Below, one piece after another: positions 13,247 to 22,989 of a stretch of 64,000 nt of DNA (position 1 is its first letter; every line of letters begins with the position of its first letter). The notes under the pieces were generated by a model that was not told the DNA's origin, did not search any database, and saw only the letters and a list, made by a program, of their open reading frames with translations. The stretch lies in contig BPIL01000008.1 in the NCBI GenBank assembly GCA_026004095.1, positions 59,268 through 123,267 of the forward strand. Reading direction: 5' to 3'. Position numbers and translations under genes: made by a program. Source of the DNA: Meiothermus sp. GTDB lineage: Bacteria > Deinococcota > Deinococci > Deinococcales > Thermaceae.

Positions 13247-16198
13247 ATGTCCTCTGCCTGCTTGTACCTGCTGGACGAGCCCCACGTGCGGCTGGGTGAG
13301 GTGCGGCTCGAGCTCACCCCTTCACGCCCGGCCTACCTGCTGATCTACCTGGCCTGCCAGGGGGCCTGGGTGGAGCGGGAAAGCCTGGCCGGTCTGCTGT
13401 GGCCCGACAGCCCCGAGGAAGAGGCCCGGCACAACCTGCGGGTCAACCTGCACCGGGCCAGAAACCTGCCCTGGGCCGAGGCCCTCGAGGTCGAGCGCGA
13501 CCGGCTGCGCTTTGCCGTCCAGACCGATGTAGCCCTGTTCCGCGCCGCACTGGGCCGGGCCGACTGGGAGGCCGCGGTAAAGCTCCACCGGCGGCCTTTT
13601 TTGCAGGGCTTTCCCTGGCAGAACACCCCCGCGCTGGAAGACTGGGCCGCCCTCGAGCGCGAAAGCCTGCTGGAGGCCTGGCAGCAGGCCGCCCAGCGCC
13701 ACGCCGAGGCCCTGCAGCAGGCCCAGCAGCACCCGGAGGCCTGCCGGCTTTTGGCGGAAATTCTGCGGCACAACCTGCTGGCCGAGGACGTGCTGCAAAA
13801 CTACCTGCGGGCCGCCTACCTGGCCGGCCAGCGCGAGGCCGCCCTGCGGCTGTACGAGCGCTTTGTGCAGGAGCTCGAGCACGAACTGGGCCTCGAGCCC
13901 ATGCGGGCCACCCAGGAGCTGGCCGCCTCCCTGCGGCGGGCCGAACCCCCACCCATGGCGGCCTCCAAACCCCCGCCCCGGATTCCCCTCGAGGTGCTCA
14001 GGCCCCCCCGGCTGGTAGGCCGCGAGGCCGAGCAGGCCCGCCTGCGCCATTCCACCGCCCTGCTCGTTCACGGCGAGCCCGGCATCGGCAAAACCCGCCT
14101 GCTGCAGGAAGTCTTCCCCCAGGCCCCCCTGCTGCGCTGCCGCGAGGGGCTGGAAAACCTGCCCTTTTATCCGGTGCTGGACTACCTCAAGCATCACCTC
14201 GACACCCTACCCGACCTGGGCCCCTACCGCGAGGATCTGGCCCGGCTGCTGCCGGAGGCCTACCCCGGCTTTACCCCACCCCCTGCCGAACCCAGCAGCG
14301 CTCGCGCCCGGCTGCTGGAAGCCCTGGCCCGCGCCCTGGCCCCCGCCGGGCGGCTGCTCTTCGACGACCTGCAATGGGCCGACGAGAGCACCCTGGAACT
14401 GCTGCTTTACCTGCACAACCGGGGCCAGGCCTGGGTGGGGGCCTTCCGCACCCACGAGGCCGGGCCTGCCCTGACCAGGGTGCGGGAGGCCCTGCACAGC
14501 AGCGGGGTGGAAGAGCTGGCCCTGGAACCCCTGGAAAACAGCATGGTGCAGGCGCTGCTGGCCGACCTGATCGGAACCCCCGAGGGGCCGCCCCTCTTCT
14601 CGGGCTGGCTGCACCGCCAGACTGGGGGCAACCCCTTCTTCGCCCTGGAAACCCTCAAGTCGCTGTTCGAGAACGGGGTGTTGCGCGCCGAGGGCGGCCA
14701 GTGGCACACCGACCTCGACGAGATCACCCAGGACTACTCGGAGCTACAAATTCCGCCCAAGGTGGCCGAGGTGGTGCGGCGGCGGGTGGGCCGCCTCTCC
14801 GAGGCCGCGCAACGGGTGGTGCAGGCCGCCAGCGTGGTGGGGGAGGGGTTCACGTCCCGGCTGCTCGCCGAGGTAACTGGGCTTTCGGAGTGGGCGGTGC
14901 TGGAGGGGATGGAGGAGGCTGAACGGGTTGGGATTGTAAAAGGTGAAAGGTTCGTCCATGACGTACTTAAGCAGAGCACCTATCGCAACATCTCCCCTGC
15001 CCGCTGCAGGGTATTGCACGCACGGGTAGCCGAGCAATTAGGAGGGCAGGCAGAACCCCAGGTAGTAGCAGAGCATTGGTTCAAGGCCGCCTTTCTTTCG
15101 GAAGCTGTACGCTACTGGTTACTGAGTTCGCAAGCCTACATGTCGGCCTCCTTTTTAGAGGAGGCAATTCGCGTCTTGAAGCGGGCCCTACCACACGCTG
15201 AGGGGGAGAGACGGACAGAAGTCTTGGCCCTGCTGGCCCGTGCTTACCGGGAGCTGGGGCAACACAGCCAAGCCCAGTCCTATGTAAACCAGGTGCTGCA
15301 AAGCAATCCATCCCAGCAGTGGAAAGCCCATGCTTTGGTGGAAGAAGCCTGGATCCTGTTGGGGCAAGGTAAGCTAGAAGAGGCCCAGTTGGCTGTGCAG
15401 GATGGAGAAAGCTGCTTACAGACCCTAGAGCCCGAGCCCCTGGAAGAGGGTTCCCTCGAGCTGGCACTCATCAAGCTGCGCTCCAATCTGGCTTTCCGCC
15501 AAGGCGACTTTGCTACTTCGGCTAAAATCCTGGAACCTTTGCTGGATCGCTTGCGCCCACGAGGCTCTTCGGTGGCCCTGGCAGGGATACTGGTCAGCCT
15601 GGGCAGTGCATACGATAATCTTGGAGATCAAACCAGAGCCATTGCCGTTCTAAGGGAAGCCCTCGAGGTAGCCAAGTCGGTGGGAGCGCGCTATTACCAG
15701 GTGGATGCCGCCAACAACCTCCTGGCTTGCTTTATCCGCCTGGGTCGCACCGAGGAAGGACTTGCCGAGGCTGCTGCGGCGCTGGTTTTAGGCGAGTACG
15801 AAGGCAGTGAATTTCTCCGTAACAACCTGGCCGTGGCCTACCTGACTGTGGGTCGGGAGCTCGAGGCCATACAACTTTTTCAACAAATTGCGCACCGCGC
15901 CACCGATGCCATGCTGCGGGCGTTGGCCTGGGCACGGCTAGCCGAACTCCTTCCCCGACACGGCTCACCCAGGGAAGCCGAGGAGGCACTCAACCAAGCA
16001 CTCGACGTTGCGCTCGGTATGGATCCTAAAGCTACCCCGGTACGCCTGGCCCTGGTCTTACTACGTCAGGGAACCGAAGCCCAGTTGCGCCGGGCCAGGC
16101 CCATCCTTCAGGCAGTGGAGGTAGAAGCTCTGCCCTCGCCCTTCAAGGAGCAGTATGTGCAAGCCCTCACCGAGCGAGGGCTTTCTCTTCATGGCTGA
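13247..16198 (+). CDS. SARP/BTAD-domain transcriptional activator with AAA (STAND-like) ATPase and C-terminal TPRs
   Basis: N-terminal wHTH (RESLAGLLWPDSPEEEARHNLR), BTAD (G.REAALRLYERF..LEHELGLEP), Walker A GEPGIGKT, Walker B LLFDDLQWAD, TGGNPFF, TPR-like helices. Confidence 0.92.
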   Translation: MSSACLYLLDEPHVRLGEVRLELTPSRPAYLLIYLACQGAWVERESLAGLLWPDSPEEEARHNLRVNLHRARNLPWAEALEVERDRLRFAVQTDVALFRAALGRADWEAAVKLHRRPFLQGFPWQNTPALEDWAALERESLLEAWQQAAQRHAEALQQAQQHPEACRLLAEILRHNLLAEDVLQNYLRAAYLAGQREAALRLYERFVQELEHELGLEPMRATQELAASLRRAEPPPMAASKPPPRIPLEVLRPPRLVGREAEQARLRHSTALLVHGEPGIGKTRLLQEVFPQAPLLRCREGLENLPFYPVLDYLKHHLDTLPDLGPYREDLARLLPEAYPGFTPPPAEPSSARARLLEALARALAPAGRLLFDDLQWADESTLELLLYLHNRGQAWVGAFRTHEAGPALTRVREALHSSGVEELALEPLENSMVQALLADLIGTPEGPPLFSGWLHRQTGGNPFFALETLKSLFENGVLRAEGGQWHTDLDEITQDYSELQIPPKVAEVVRRRVGRLSEAAQRVVQAASVVGEGFTSRLLAEVTGLSEWAVLEGMEEAERVGIVKGERFVHDVLKQSTYRNISPARCRVLHARVAEQLGGQAEPQVVAEHWFKAAFLSEAVRYWLLSSQAYMSASFLEEAIRVLKRALPHAEGERRTEVLALLARAYRELGQHSQAQSYVNQVLQSNPSQQWKAHALVEEAWILLGQGKLEEAQLAVQDGESCLQTLEPEPLEEGSLELALIKLRSNLAFRQGDFATSAKILEPLLDRLRPRGSSVALAGILVSLGSAYDNLGDQTRAIAVLREALEVAKSVGARYYQVDAANNLLACFIRLGRTEEGLAEAAAALVLGEYEGSEFLRNNLAVAYLTVGRELEAIQLFQQIAHRATDAMLRALAWARLAELLPRHGSPREAEEALNQALDVALGMDPKATPVRLALVLLRQGTEAQLRRARPILQAVEVEALPSPFKEQYVQALTERGLSLHG

Positions 16199-16228
16199 GA
16201 CGCTGGTGTAATGCCCAACCCCTAGGCT
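16195..16228 (+). promoter_or_regulatory. SARP-type direct-repeat box 1 plus -10
   Basis: CTGAGACGCTGGTGTAATG at 16195 (contains the regulator's TGA stop); TAGGCT at 16223. Confidence 0.8.
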
Positions 16229-16235
16229 ATCCCCC

Positions 16236-16415
16236 ATGCCCCCCCGGCTGCGTCAGAGCCTCCTCCTGCGGGTGTACACCACCCCCGGCCCAGACGGTAG
16301 CCTATCTTGCAGCTACCGGGTACGCGACCTTAGAACCGGCGAGGAGCGGGTGTTTGCCACCTGGGAGGAGCTGAGGAGGTTTTTGCAGCATCGCTGGCCG
16401 CGCCGCTTGCGCTGA
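16236..16415 (+). CDS. Unannotated 59-aa small protein, probably leaderless
   Basis: MPPRLRQSLLLRVYTTPGPDGSLSCSYRVRDLRTGEERVFATWEELRRFLQHRWPRRLR; ATG 7 nt after the -10; stop just before the RBS of the next gene. Confidence 0.75.
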   Translation: MPPRLRQSLLLRVYTTPGPDGSLSCSYRVRDLRTGEERVFATWEELRRFLQHRWPRRLR

Positions 16416-16430
16416 ACGAGGAGGTGCATT

Positions 16431-17228
16431 ATGGGGATTAGGACGATTTTTTTGGGGGTTGGATTGCTGGCTGGCTGCCTGGCCTGGGGCCAGGGGATGG
16501 TGGTGCAGACCGTGATGTACAAGAACGGCGACCTTGAGCTGCGCGGTTTTCTGTACCGCCCGCCGGGGCCGGGGCCGTTCCCGGCAGTGGTTTACAATCA
16601 TGGCAGCGAGAAAAACCTGGCCTATATTGACCGGCTGGCGGTGCCTTTTGTGGAGCGGGGGTATGTGTTTTTTGCCCCCAACCGCCGGGGCCACGGGCGC
16701 TCCCCCGGCCCCTACATTCTGGATGAGCTGAACCGGCTACGGGGAGCCGAGTGGAGCCAGGCCCTGGTGCGCCTGCACGAGGAGCAGCTCTCCGACCAAC
16801 TCGAGGGCGTGGCCTTCCTAAAGGCCCAGCCCTTTGTGGACGCAGCGCGGATTGGGGTGTTCGGCTGGTCGTTTGGTGGGATTCAGACCATGCTGGCCGT
16901 TGAGCGTGCCGACGCGGGGTACAAGGCCGCGGTGAACTGCGCCGGGGCAGCCCAAACCTGGAACAACTCCCCTGAGCTACGGGCCCGCCTCAGCCAGGCC
17001 GCCCGCAACGCCGCCATGCCGGTCTTCTTTATCCAGGCCCAAAACGACTACTCCCTGAGCGCCCTCGAGGCCCTCTCGGAGGAGATGCGCAGGGCCGGCA
17101 AACCCTTCCAGGCCAGGGTCTTCCCGCCCTTTGGCATCTCCAACCAGGACGGGCACAACTTTTGTGCCCAGGGCCACCAAATTTGGGGGCCTGAGGTGTT
17201 TGCCTTCCTGGACGCAGCACTCAGGTAG
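16431..17228 (+). CDS. Exported alpha/beta hydrolase (dienelactone hydrolase/S9-like)
   Basis: Signal peptide, PAVVYNHG, nucleophile elbow GWSFGG, QND, GHNF; RBS GGAGG. Confidence 0.88.
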   Translation: MGIRTIFLGVGLLAGCLAWGQGMVVQTVMYKNGDLELRGFLYRPPGPGPFPAVVYNHGSEKNLAYIDRLAVPFVERGYVFFAPNRRGHGRSPGPYILDELNRLRGAEWSQALVRLHEEQLSDQLEGVAFLKAQPFVDAARIGVFGWSFGGIQTMLAVERADAGYKAAVNCAGAAQTWNNSPELRARLSQAARNAAMPVFFIQAQNDYSLSALEALSEEMRRAGKPFQARVFPPFGISNQDGHNFCAQGHQIWGPEVFAFLDAALR

Positions 17229-17270
17229 CTCCAAAGCCCAGCTCAACTTGCCTAGCCTCGACGGGTTCCG

Positions 17271-17304
17271 CTGAGACGCTGGTGTAACGATATTTCAATA
17301 AGCT
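17271..17304 (+). promoter_or_regulatory. SARP-type direct-repeat box 2 plus -10
   Basis: CTGAGACGCTGGTGTAACG at 17271; TAAGCT at 17299. Confidence 0.8.
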
Positions 17305-17324
17305 CCGCAAAAAAGGGGGATACC

Positions 17325-20135
17325 ATGAAAAACTTTTACGCATTCAAAGGCTACCAGGTAGTTTTCTGGGTTCTATCAGGGGTGTTAATGGCCTGCAGTC
17401 CCGCACCCACCCAGCCCAAAGTGGTGCGGATCGAGATCACGCCAGGGGCGCTGTTGCTCACCAAGGCAGGAGAAAGCCAGACCTTAAGCGCAAAAGCGTT
17501 CGATGCCCAGGGGAACGAGATTAAGACAAATTTCGCCTGGTCGTCCTCAAACACAGCGCATGCCACGGTAGATACCTCGGGTAAGGTTGTAGCTGTCAGC
17601 GCGCTGGGCTCCGCTCAGATTACCGCCGAGGCAGCCGGGGTTAAGTCGTCTCCGGCGCTGGTAATTATCGCCGAACCTGCACCTGGAACGGTGCTGTTTT
17701 CTGATGCCCAGGTGCTGGGGGAACCACAGCCGGTTGACCCAAGCCAGCCTGGAGGGGTGGGGTATAGGATGAAAGCAACCTTGGCTGTTCAAAGTTTACA
17801 GCCGGGGACAATGGTGTTGGCAAGCGAGTCCAAACCCCTCGCAGGAAGAGTTGTTTCATCAACCCCGGTGAGTGGGGGAACCGAGGTGGTATTTGAAGTG
17901 CGACCCGTCAACGAAATGTTTAGGAACTTATCGGTGCGGGTTGGGGGGGCTTTTACAGGGGTAAGGCCATCTTCGGCCCAAAAACAACAGTTTCCTGACT
18001 ACAAGTTGTCTGAGCGCCAAAAGGTTGTTCCTCAAGCGACGGATCAGGTAGGGCCCTTCACCTGCAAGCGAGAGGTAGAGGGCAAACTGGAATCCAACTT
18101 GGTTGAAGTGGAGCCCAGTGCCTCTTTGGGGAACTGGGACATCATATTCGAGGTCTCGGACTCTGAGACAACGCACATCCGGGTCAAAGCCGATCTATCG
18201 GTTGGGATCAGCTTTACAGGAGGCATCAAGTTGTCGAATATGTTGAATGGAACGGTCAGTTGCGAGACCACCGAACCCATTTTTAGCATTCCGGTTCCAA
18301 TAACGGGTGCACTCAGTCAGATTATCAGCCCGATCCTGCCGGTGCATGGAGCCTTTGGAATTAAGGGGGAACTTGCGCTTACTTCGGTTGACCTTCGATT
18401 GAAAGGAGAGATAAAGGCTTCAGCAACCGTTGGTTTTGAGTATACTCCTGCGACCGGGCTGACCAACCTATCGAGCTTTGACACCAACCAGAATTTTCTC
18501 AAGGGTTCTTTGGTCGAACCGGTTTTTGGCCTTAACTCGAAAGTTCGAGTCAATGCCGAAGGTTTTTTGGGTTTTAGGCCCAAACTTAGTTTTGGCAACA
18601 GACTCTTTGCCCTGGATTTTCTCGACCTCGACGTGGTAGGAGCTATGGGTTTCGACCTGAGCACTGTTGCGCAACAGGCCACAGATGCCGAGTATGCTTC
18701 CAGTCAATACCTGAAGATCAAGGCCGAAACCAGCCTCTCAGACGACATTGAAGATGTCTTTAAGCTGTTTATGAGTGAAACCACAGCCGAGCAGTTGTTC
18801 AAACTTCTCAAGGACGGGGTGGTGAAGATTGGGTTCAAGGGCGAAATTCCCATTGCCACCTCGCCTACTGCGCTAGAGAACATAACCGTCAATAAGCAAT
18901 CCTACAAAAAGGACGACAAGTTGACCTTTAGGGTCAAGCTGAATCCTGATAACATTAACTTTCTTATCTACAATGTCAAACGCATCGAAATCTATAGAAA
19001 ACCCGAAAGTGCACTTTCCCTGGGGTTGGAGCCTCTGGCAACCAGAGACGCCAGCGAGGGCCAGACCGATTTTGAACTCGAGTGGGTGGCCACCGAAGAT
19101 GGCAACAGCCAGGATCAATTCTTCGCTTTTGTGGTTCCCAACATACCACCCAGCCTGCCGCTGGAGCTGGGTAAGGTGGTTCCCGCCACCGGTTGCACCG
19201 CTGCGCAAGGAGTGCGGTACTGCGTTACAGATCTTGGTAACGTTAGAGCTTGGGACATCAATGAAAGCGGTCAAGTAGTGGGTGTCACGCTCAACATCAG
19301 CCGTCAGACCGCTTTTCTATGGCAAAGTAACCAGATGACCGATTTGGGAACCTTTGGAGGGTATGAGTCGGAAGCCTGGGGGATTAATGATAGTGGTCAG
19401 GTTGTAGGTTCCTATCTCAATGATATTGGCGAAAGACGCACTTTCTTATGGCAAAACGGGCAAATGACCGACCTGGGGACTCTTGGGGGAATTGGCGCGA
19501 GGTACGCGGTACCCCAAAAAATCAATAACAGAGGACAAATCGTTGGTTGGTACAAAAATTCTAGTAGCAATGAGACTCGAGCATTCCTGTGGCAAAACGG
19601 GCAAATGACCGATCTGGGAACCCTGGGAGGATCCTTGTCGGAAGCATATGCAATCAATGAAAGTGGGCAGGTAGTGGGTAGATCTTATACATCGAGCAGA
19701 GAAAGTCATGCTTTTATCTGGCAAAATGGCCAGATGACCAATTTGGGAACCTTGGGTGGGCATTACTCAACAGCCCTCGCTATCAACAACAACGCCCAGG
19801 TGGTGGGCGAATCAACCAACTCCGACGGCCGATTCCGAGCCTTCCTTTGGCAAAATGGTCAGATGACGGATCTGGGTACCTTAGGAGGAAGAGATTCCAC
19901 TGCATCGGGAATTAACGACCAGGGAGTGGTGGTAGGTTATTCTTGGAATTCTGACGGTTCCGGCCGTGCTTTCATATGGCGAGATGGTCAGATGAGTGAT
20001 CTGAACTCCCTAATTGATCCAAACCAAGGGTGGCTGCTTATTCGTGCCACCGACATCAACAACTCAGGTCAAATCGTGGGTCACGGTATACTGAACGGTC
20101 AGGCCCGTGCATTCTTATTGACTCCAGTTCAATAG
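17325..20135 (+). CDS. Lipoprotein with Ig-like domain and C-terminal HAF-repeat region
   Basis: Lipobox LMAC; Big_2-like WSSSNTAHATVD; about 7 repeats of AFLWQNGQMTDLGTLGG..S.A..IN..GQVVG. Confidence 0.85.
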   Translation: MKNFYAFKGYQVVFWVLSGVLMACSPAPTQPKVVRIEITPGALLLTKAGESQTLSAKAFDAQGNEIKTNFAWSSSNTAHATVDTSGKVVAVSALGSAQITAEAAGVKSSPALVIIAEPAPGTVLFSDAQVLGEPQPVDPSQPGGVGYRMKATLAVQSLQPGTMVLASESKPLAGRVVSSTPVSGGTEVVFEVRPVNEMFRNLSVRVGGAFTGVRPSSAQKQQFPDYKLSERQKVVPQATDQVGPFTCKREVEGKLESNLVEVEPSASLGNWDIIFEVSDSETTHIRVKADLSVGISFTGGIKLSNMLNGTVSCETTEPIFSIPVPITGALSQIISPILPVHGAFGIKGELALTSVDLRLKGEIKASATVGFEYTPATGLTNLSSFDTNQNFLKGSLVEPVFGLNSKVRVNAEGFLGFRPKLSFGNRLFALDFLDLDVVGAMGFDLSTVAQQATDAEYASSQYLKIKAETSLSDDIEDVFKLFMSETTAEQLFKLLKDGVVKIGFKGEIPIATSPTALENITVNKQSYKKDDKLTFRVKLNPDNINFLIYNVKRIEIYRKPESALSLGLEPLATRDASEGQTDFELEWVATEDGNSQDQFFAFVVPNIPPSLPLELGKVVPATGCTAAQGVRYCVTDLGNVRAWDINESGQVVGVTLNISRQTAFLWQSNQMTDLGTFGGYESEAWGINDSGQVVGSYLNDIGERRTFLWQNGQMTDLGTLGGIGARYAVPQKINNRGQIVGWYKNSSSNETRAFLWQNGQMTDLGTLGGSLSEAYAINESGQVVGRSYTSSRESHAFIWQNGQMTNLGTLGGHYSTALAINNNAQVVGESTNSDGRFRAFLWQNGQMTDLGTLGGRDSTASGINDQGVVVGYSWNSDGSGRAFIWRDGQMSDLNSLIDPNQGWLLIRATDINNSGQIVGHGILNGQARAFLLTPVQ
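19240..20125 (+). repeat. Intragenic HAF-type tandem repeats (about 44-47 aa period)
   Basis: Recurrent TGGCAAAAYGGNCARATGACNGAY at DNA level. Confidence 0.85.
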
Positions 20136-20158
20136 ACGCTCCAACCTACATACCTTTT

Positions 20159-20182
20159 CCCGCCCCCCAGGGGCGGGTTTTT
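20159..20182 (+). terminator. Rho-independent terminator
   Basis: CCCGCCCC-CCA-GGGGCGGG-TTTTT. Confidence 0.85.
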
Positions 20183-20183
20183 C

Positions 20184-20217
20184 CTGAGACGCTGGTGTAA
20201 CGCTGCCTTTCTACACT
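20184..20217 (+). promoter_or_regulatory. SARP-type direct-repeat box 3 plus -10
   Basis: CTGAGACGCTGGTGTAACGC at 20184; TACACT at 20212. Confidence 0.8.
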
Positions 20218-20262
20218 GGGCCTGTCCGCTAAAGGACATGGACAGCACATAGGAGGTGAGGT

Positions 20263-22941
20263 ATGCGCCATTTGATTGCGGTGGTACTTGGATTCTTCTT
20301 GCTGGCCTTGCTGGGTGGTTGCAGCCGCCCCAGCACTACCAGCCCCGGCCCTCGGGTATATGTGGGGGAGATTGCCGGGAGCGATGCCCTGATTGCCCTG
20401 GTGGTGCAGGATGGCCAGTTGGCAGCCTATGCCTGCGGTGGGCCTAATACCTGGGGTAGCCACACCGGCTGGTTCTTCGGCACGCTGAGTGGAAGCGAGA
20501 TCAACCCCACCACCGCCCCCAACGGACACCGCCTCGAAGGCCGTCTAAGTGGCTCGTCGGCCAGCGGTAGCTTCACGCTGCCCGACGGCACCTCCCTAAG
20601 CTGGACGGCCCAGGAGGCTCGGCCCGGAACCGGCGCGGGGCTCTACGCCCACGAAGAGGACGGCCAGCGTACCGGCCTGATCGTCACCAACGAGGGCAAA
20701 ATGGCTGGCGCTTCCCGCCTTGCCACCGGGAATAGCGTCGGTTTGTATGCACCCGTCACTGTTACCAGACCACCTACTGGTGGTATCACCAAGGTCAGTG
20801 TGGCCTTTCCCAACCGGGATATTCACATCATAGACCTGACTCTAGTTGACCCTTTGCGCTTCGGCATTTTCCAGGACAGCCCTACTATCATCGTCTTGCT
20901 GCACGGAGCTACAGCCGCAATACCTCCTCCTACCGCCGAAGATATTGCTCTGAGCGGTGTGCCTGGAACCCGCAAGCATGTGCGGCGCTACTGGACCTAC
21001 CCTACGGTGGTGAGCCTGCTGGGCGGTGACCCCAGTAAAAATACCCCCCTGCAAACCTTGACGGGTGTGAACGTGACTGGCGACCTCTTCCTCAACGCAG
21101 CCTTGACCCACAACTCCAGCAACGATATCGACAATCCGCCACCGCCAGAATTCTGCGACCTGGCCGACATGGTTACCGCCGAGCGCTACGACCCCAACCA
21201 GGCCGCCCCCCCTCAGCTCTCGCTGCTGCTGGGCCGCCGGGACGCCACCAAGGGGCTGGTCGAGCAGTCCATGGATGCCACCAAACAGATTTACGCCTGT
21301 GTGCGGGCATTCGAGCGACGTTTCGGGAAAAAACCCAAGCTGGTTTTTGTAGCCCATAGCTATGGGGGTTTGGTCACCCGTTTTATCCTCTCCAACCCAG
21401 CCCGCAACGCCTTACGCTCGGTGATCAATCCTGTTAATCGGCGGCCGCTCATTGTGCCCACCGACCCCAGCTACGACAGCGGCGATCTATCCGTTCGGGT
21501 CAAGATGGACTACCTGCGCGACCACACCTACTACGCTGTGACCAGCTCCACTCCCCACGAAGGCACCCGCATTGCCGATGGTGCCGATCAAGCGCGCCGC
21601 TTTTTACGCAACCTGCGGGGTACCCTCAACAACCTGAACGAAGAGGAGCGCCGGCTTCGCGACAGCCTGCAAAACACCCTGGCCTTTGTGTTCCGCGTGC
21701 AGTTCGACGATGTGTTCCGGGCCGAGCCGGTCATCGCTATACTGGATGGATGGGAGGCTATACTGGCCGATAACCCTGTGCTGACCGAGGCCCACACCGC
21801 TCTGTGGCAAATACTCAACACCGTTGTCCTCCACCCCAGTCAGGCCATCCGAACCAACCAGACCCCCATCAATGGGGCCAGGGGTCGGCTCATCCCCATC
21901 TACACCCTGGGTAACCGCAACCCCGGCAGCACGGTGCTGGACACCTTCAACCTGCGCGAAGTCTTGCGTGACTTCGATGCCACCGGACAGCTCCAGATGG
22001 GCAGCCGCGCTCAAAAATGGGTAGGCATGACGGTCTTAGGAGATTATGCCCTCCAGGTGATAGAACTGACCAGCGGATTCAACCGCCCCCCGGCTGGCTT
22101 TGCTGGCAGGCTCGACCGCGTCGAGCGGGCCGACTGGGTCACCCTATGGAGCGCTGCGCTCGACACCCTGGCGCCCGATCTCAACCTCTTCTTCGCAGCC
22201 GAGTTTGGGGGGGACAGCAGCGATCTGATGCGCTTCCTACTGCGGGGGTTCAATGCCACCAGCAGCCAGCCCCTACCCCTATACCTTATGGAGCGTTACC
22301 GCTTCGACCTGGGGGGTTCGGCAAAGGTTCCGGTGCCCCATCTTGAATGCGAAACCTTAAGTCTCCAACTGGACTACGGCCCGGTGGTTCAAGCCATGGG
22401 CAGGCATTACGGCAGTCTGACCGAGGCTGCCAGCCAACTGGTCAACCTCAACTTTACAGGCTTCTTAGATAGACTTGCTGACCTAGGCGACGATTTTGGT
22501 CAACTGGTCTCCGACACTTATGACTGGCTTAAAGATGAGCTTGAGGGTCGAGATCTAGGCAACCTCTTGAAGTGCGCAGACCCCGCCAAATGGCAGCTTA
22601 CCTGGCGATCCATCAGCGTGCCGGCCCCCAGGGCGGTACCCACCGGCCAAGCAGCCAGGGACGATCGGGTAGACTTCGACGGGCTGGTAGAGTATGACTC
22701 GGCAATGGGCTTCCGCCTGGGCACCAGAATCAACGAGTTTTTCGATCACACCCGTCTGGATTTTATCGTAGACAATAAGCCTGCTCCGGGTTCCTGGTAC
22801 CGCCGCTATACCAGCGACGCCGAGGTGCTCTCGCACGACAGCATGCGCCAAGAAATGGGTCGCTTCATCTGGAACAACATCCTGTCGCGCAATGCTGGCC
22901 CTCTGCCCAGCGCTCAAGGCGACCTGAGCGTTCACCCGTAG
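20263..22941 (+). CDS. Large lipoprotein with lipase-like alpha/beta hydrolase motif
   Basis: Lipobox LGGC; IVLLHG, VAHSYGGLV, STPHEGT, DGLV; RBS GGAGG. Confidence 0.8.
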   Translation: MRHLIAVVLGFFLLALLGGCSRPSTTSPGPRVYVGEIAGSDALIALVVQDGQLAAYACGGPNTWGSHTGWFFGTLSGSEINPTTAPNGHRLEGRLSGSSASGSFTLPDGTSLSWTAQEARPGTGAGLYAHEEDGQRTGLIVTNEGKMAGASRLATGNSVGLYAPVTVTRPPTGGITKVSVAFPNRDIHIIDLTLVDPLRFGIFQDSPTIIVLLHGATAAIPPPTAEDIALSGVPGTRKHVRRYWTYPTVVSLLGGDPSKNTPLQTLTGVNVTGDLFLNAALTHNSSNDIDNPPPPEFCDLADMVTAERYDPNQAAPPQLSLLLGRRDATKGLVEQSMDATKQIYACVRAFERRFGKKPKLVFVAHSYGGLVTRFILSNPARNALRSVINPVNRRPLIVPTDPSYDSGDLSVRVKMDYLRDHTYYAVTSSTPHEGTRIADGADQARRFLRNLRGTLNNLNEEERRLRDSLQNTLAFVFRVQFDDVFRAEPVIAILDGWEAILADNPVLTEAHTALWQILNTVVLHPSQAIRTNQTPINGARGRLIPIYTLGNRNPGSTVLDTFNLREVLRDFDATGQLQMGSRAQKWVGMTVLGDYALQVIELTSGFNRPPAGFAGRLDRVERADWVTLWSAALDTLAPDLNLFFAAEFGGDSSDLMRFLLRGFNATSSQPLPLYLMERYRFDLGGSAKVPVPHLECETLSLQLDYGPVVQAMGRHYGSLTEAASQLVNLNFTGFLDRLADLGDDFGQLVSDTYDWLKDELEGRDLGNLLKCADPAKWQLTWRSISVPAPRAVPTGQAARDDRVDFDGLVEYDSAMGFRLGTRINEFFDHTRLDFIVDNKPAPGSWYRRYTSDAEVLSHDSMRQEMGRFIWNNILSRNAGPLPSAQGDLSVHP

Positions 22942-22966
22942 CTGGGCACGCATTGTCCAGTCCAAG

Positions 22967-22987
22967 CCCCGCTTTGGCGGGGTTTTT
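22967..22987 (+). terminator. Rho-independent terminator
   Basis: CCCCGC-TTTG-GCGGGG-TTTTT. Confidence 0.85.
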
Positions 22988-22989
22988 CT

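Noticed and set aside
19240-20125. HAF repeats as a diversity-generating retroelement TR/VR pair
   Set aside because: No reverse transcriptase is present; differences between repeats are not adenine-specific and all copies are in-frame protein repeats
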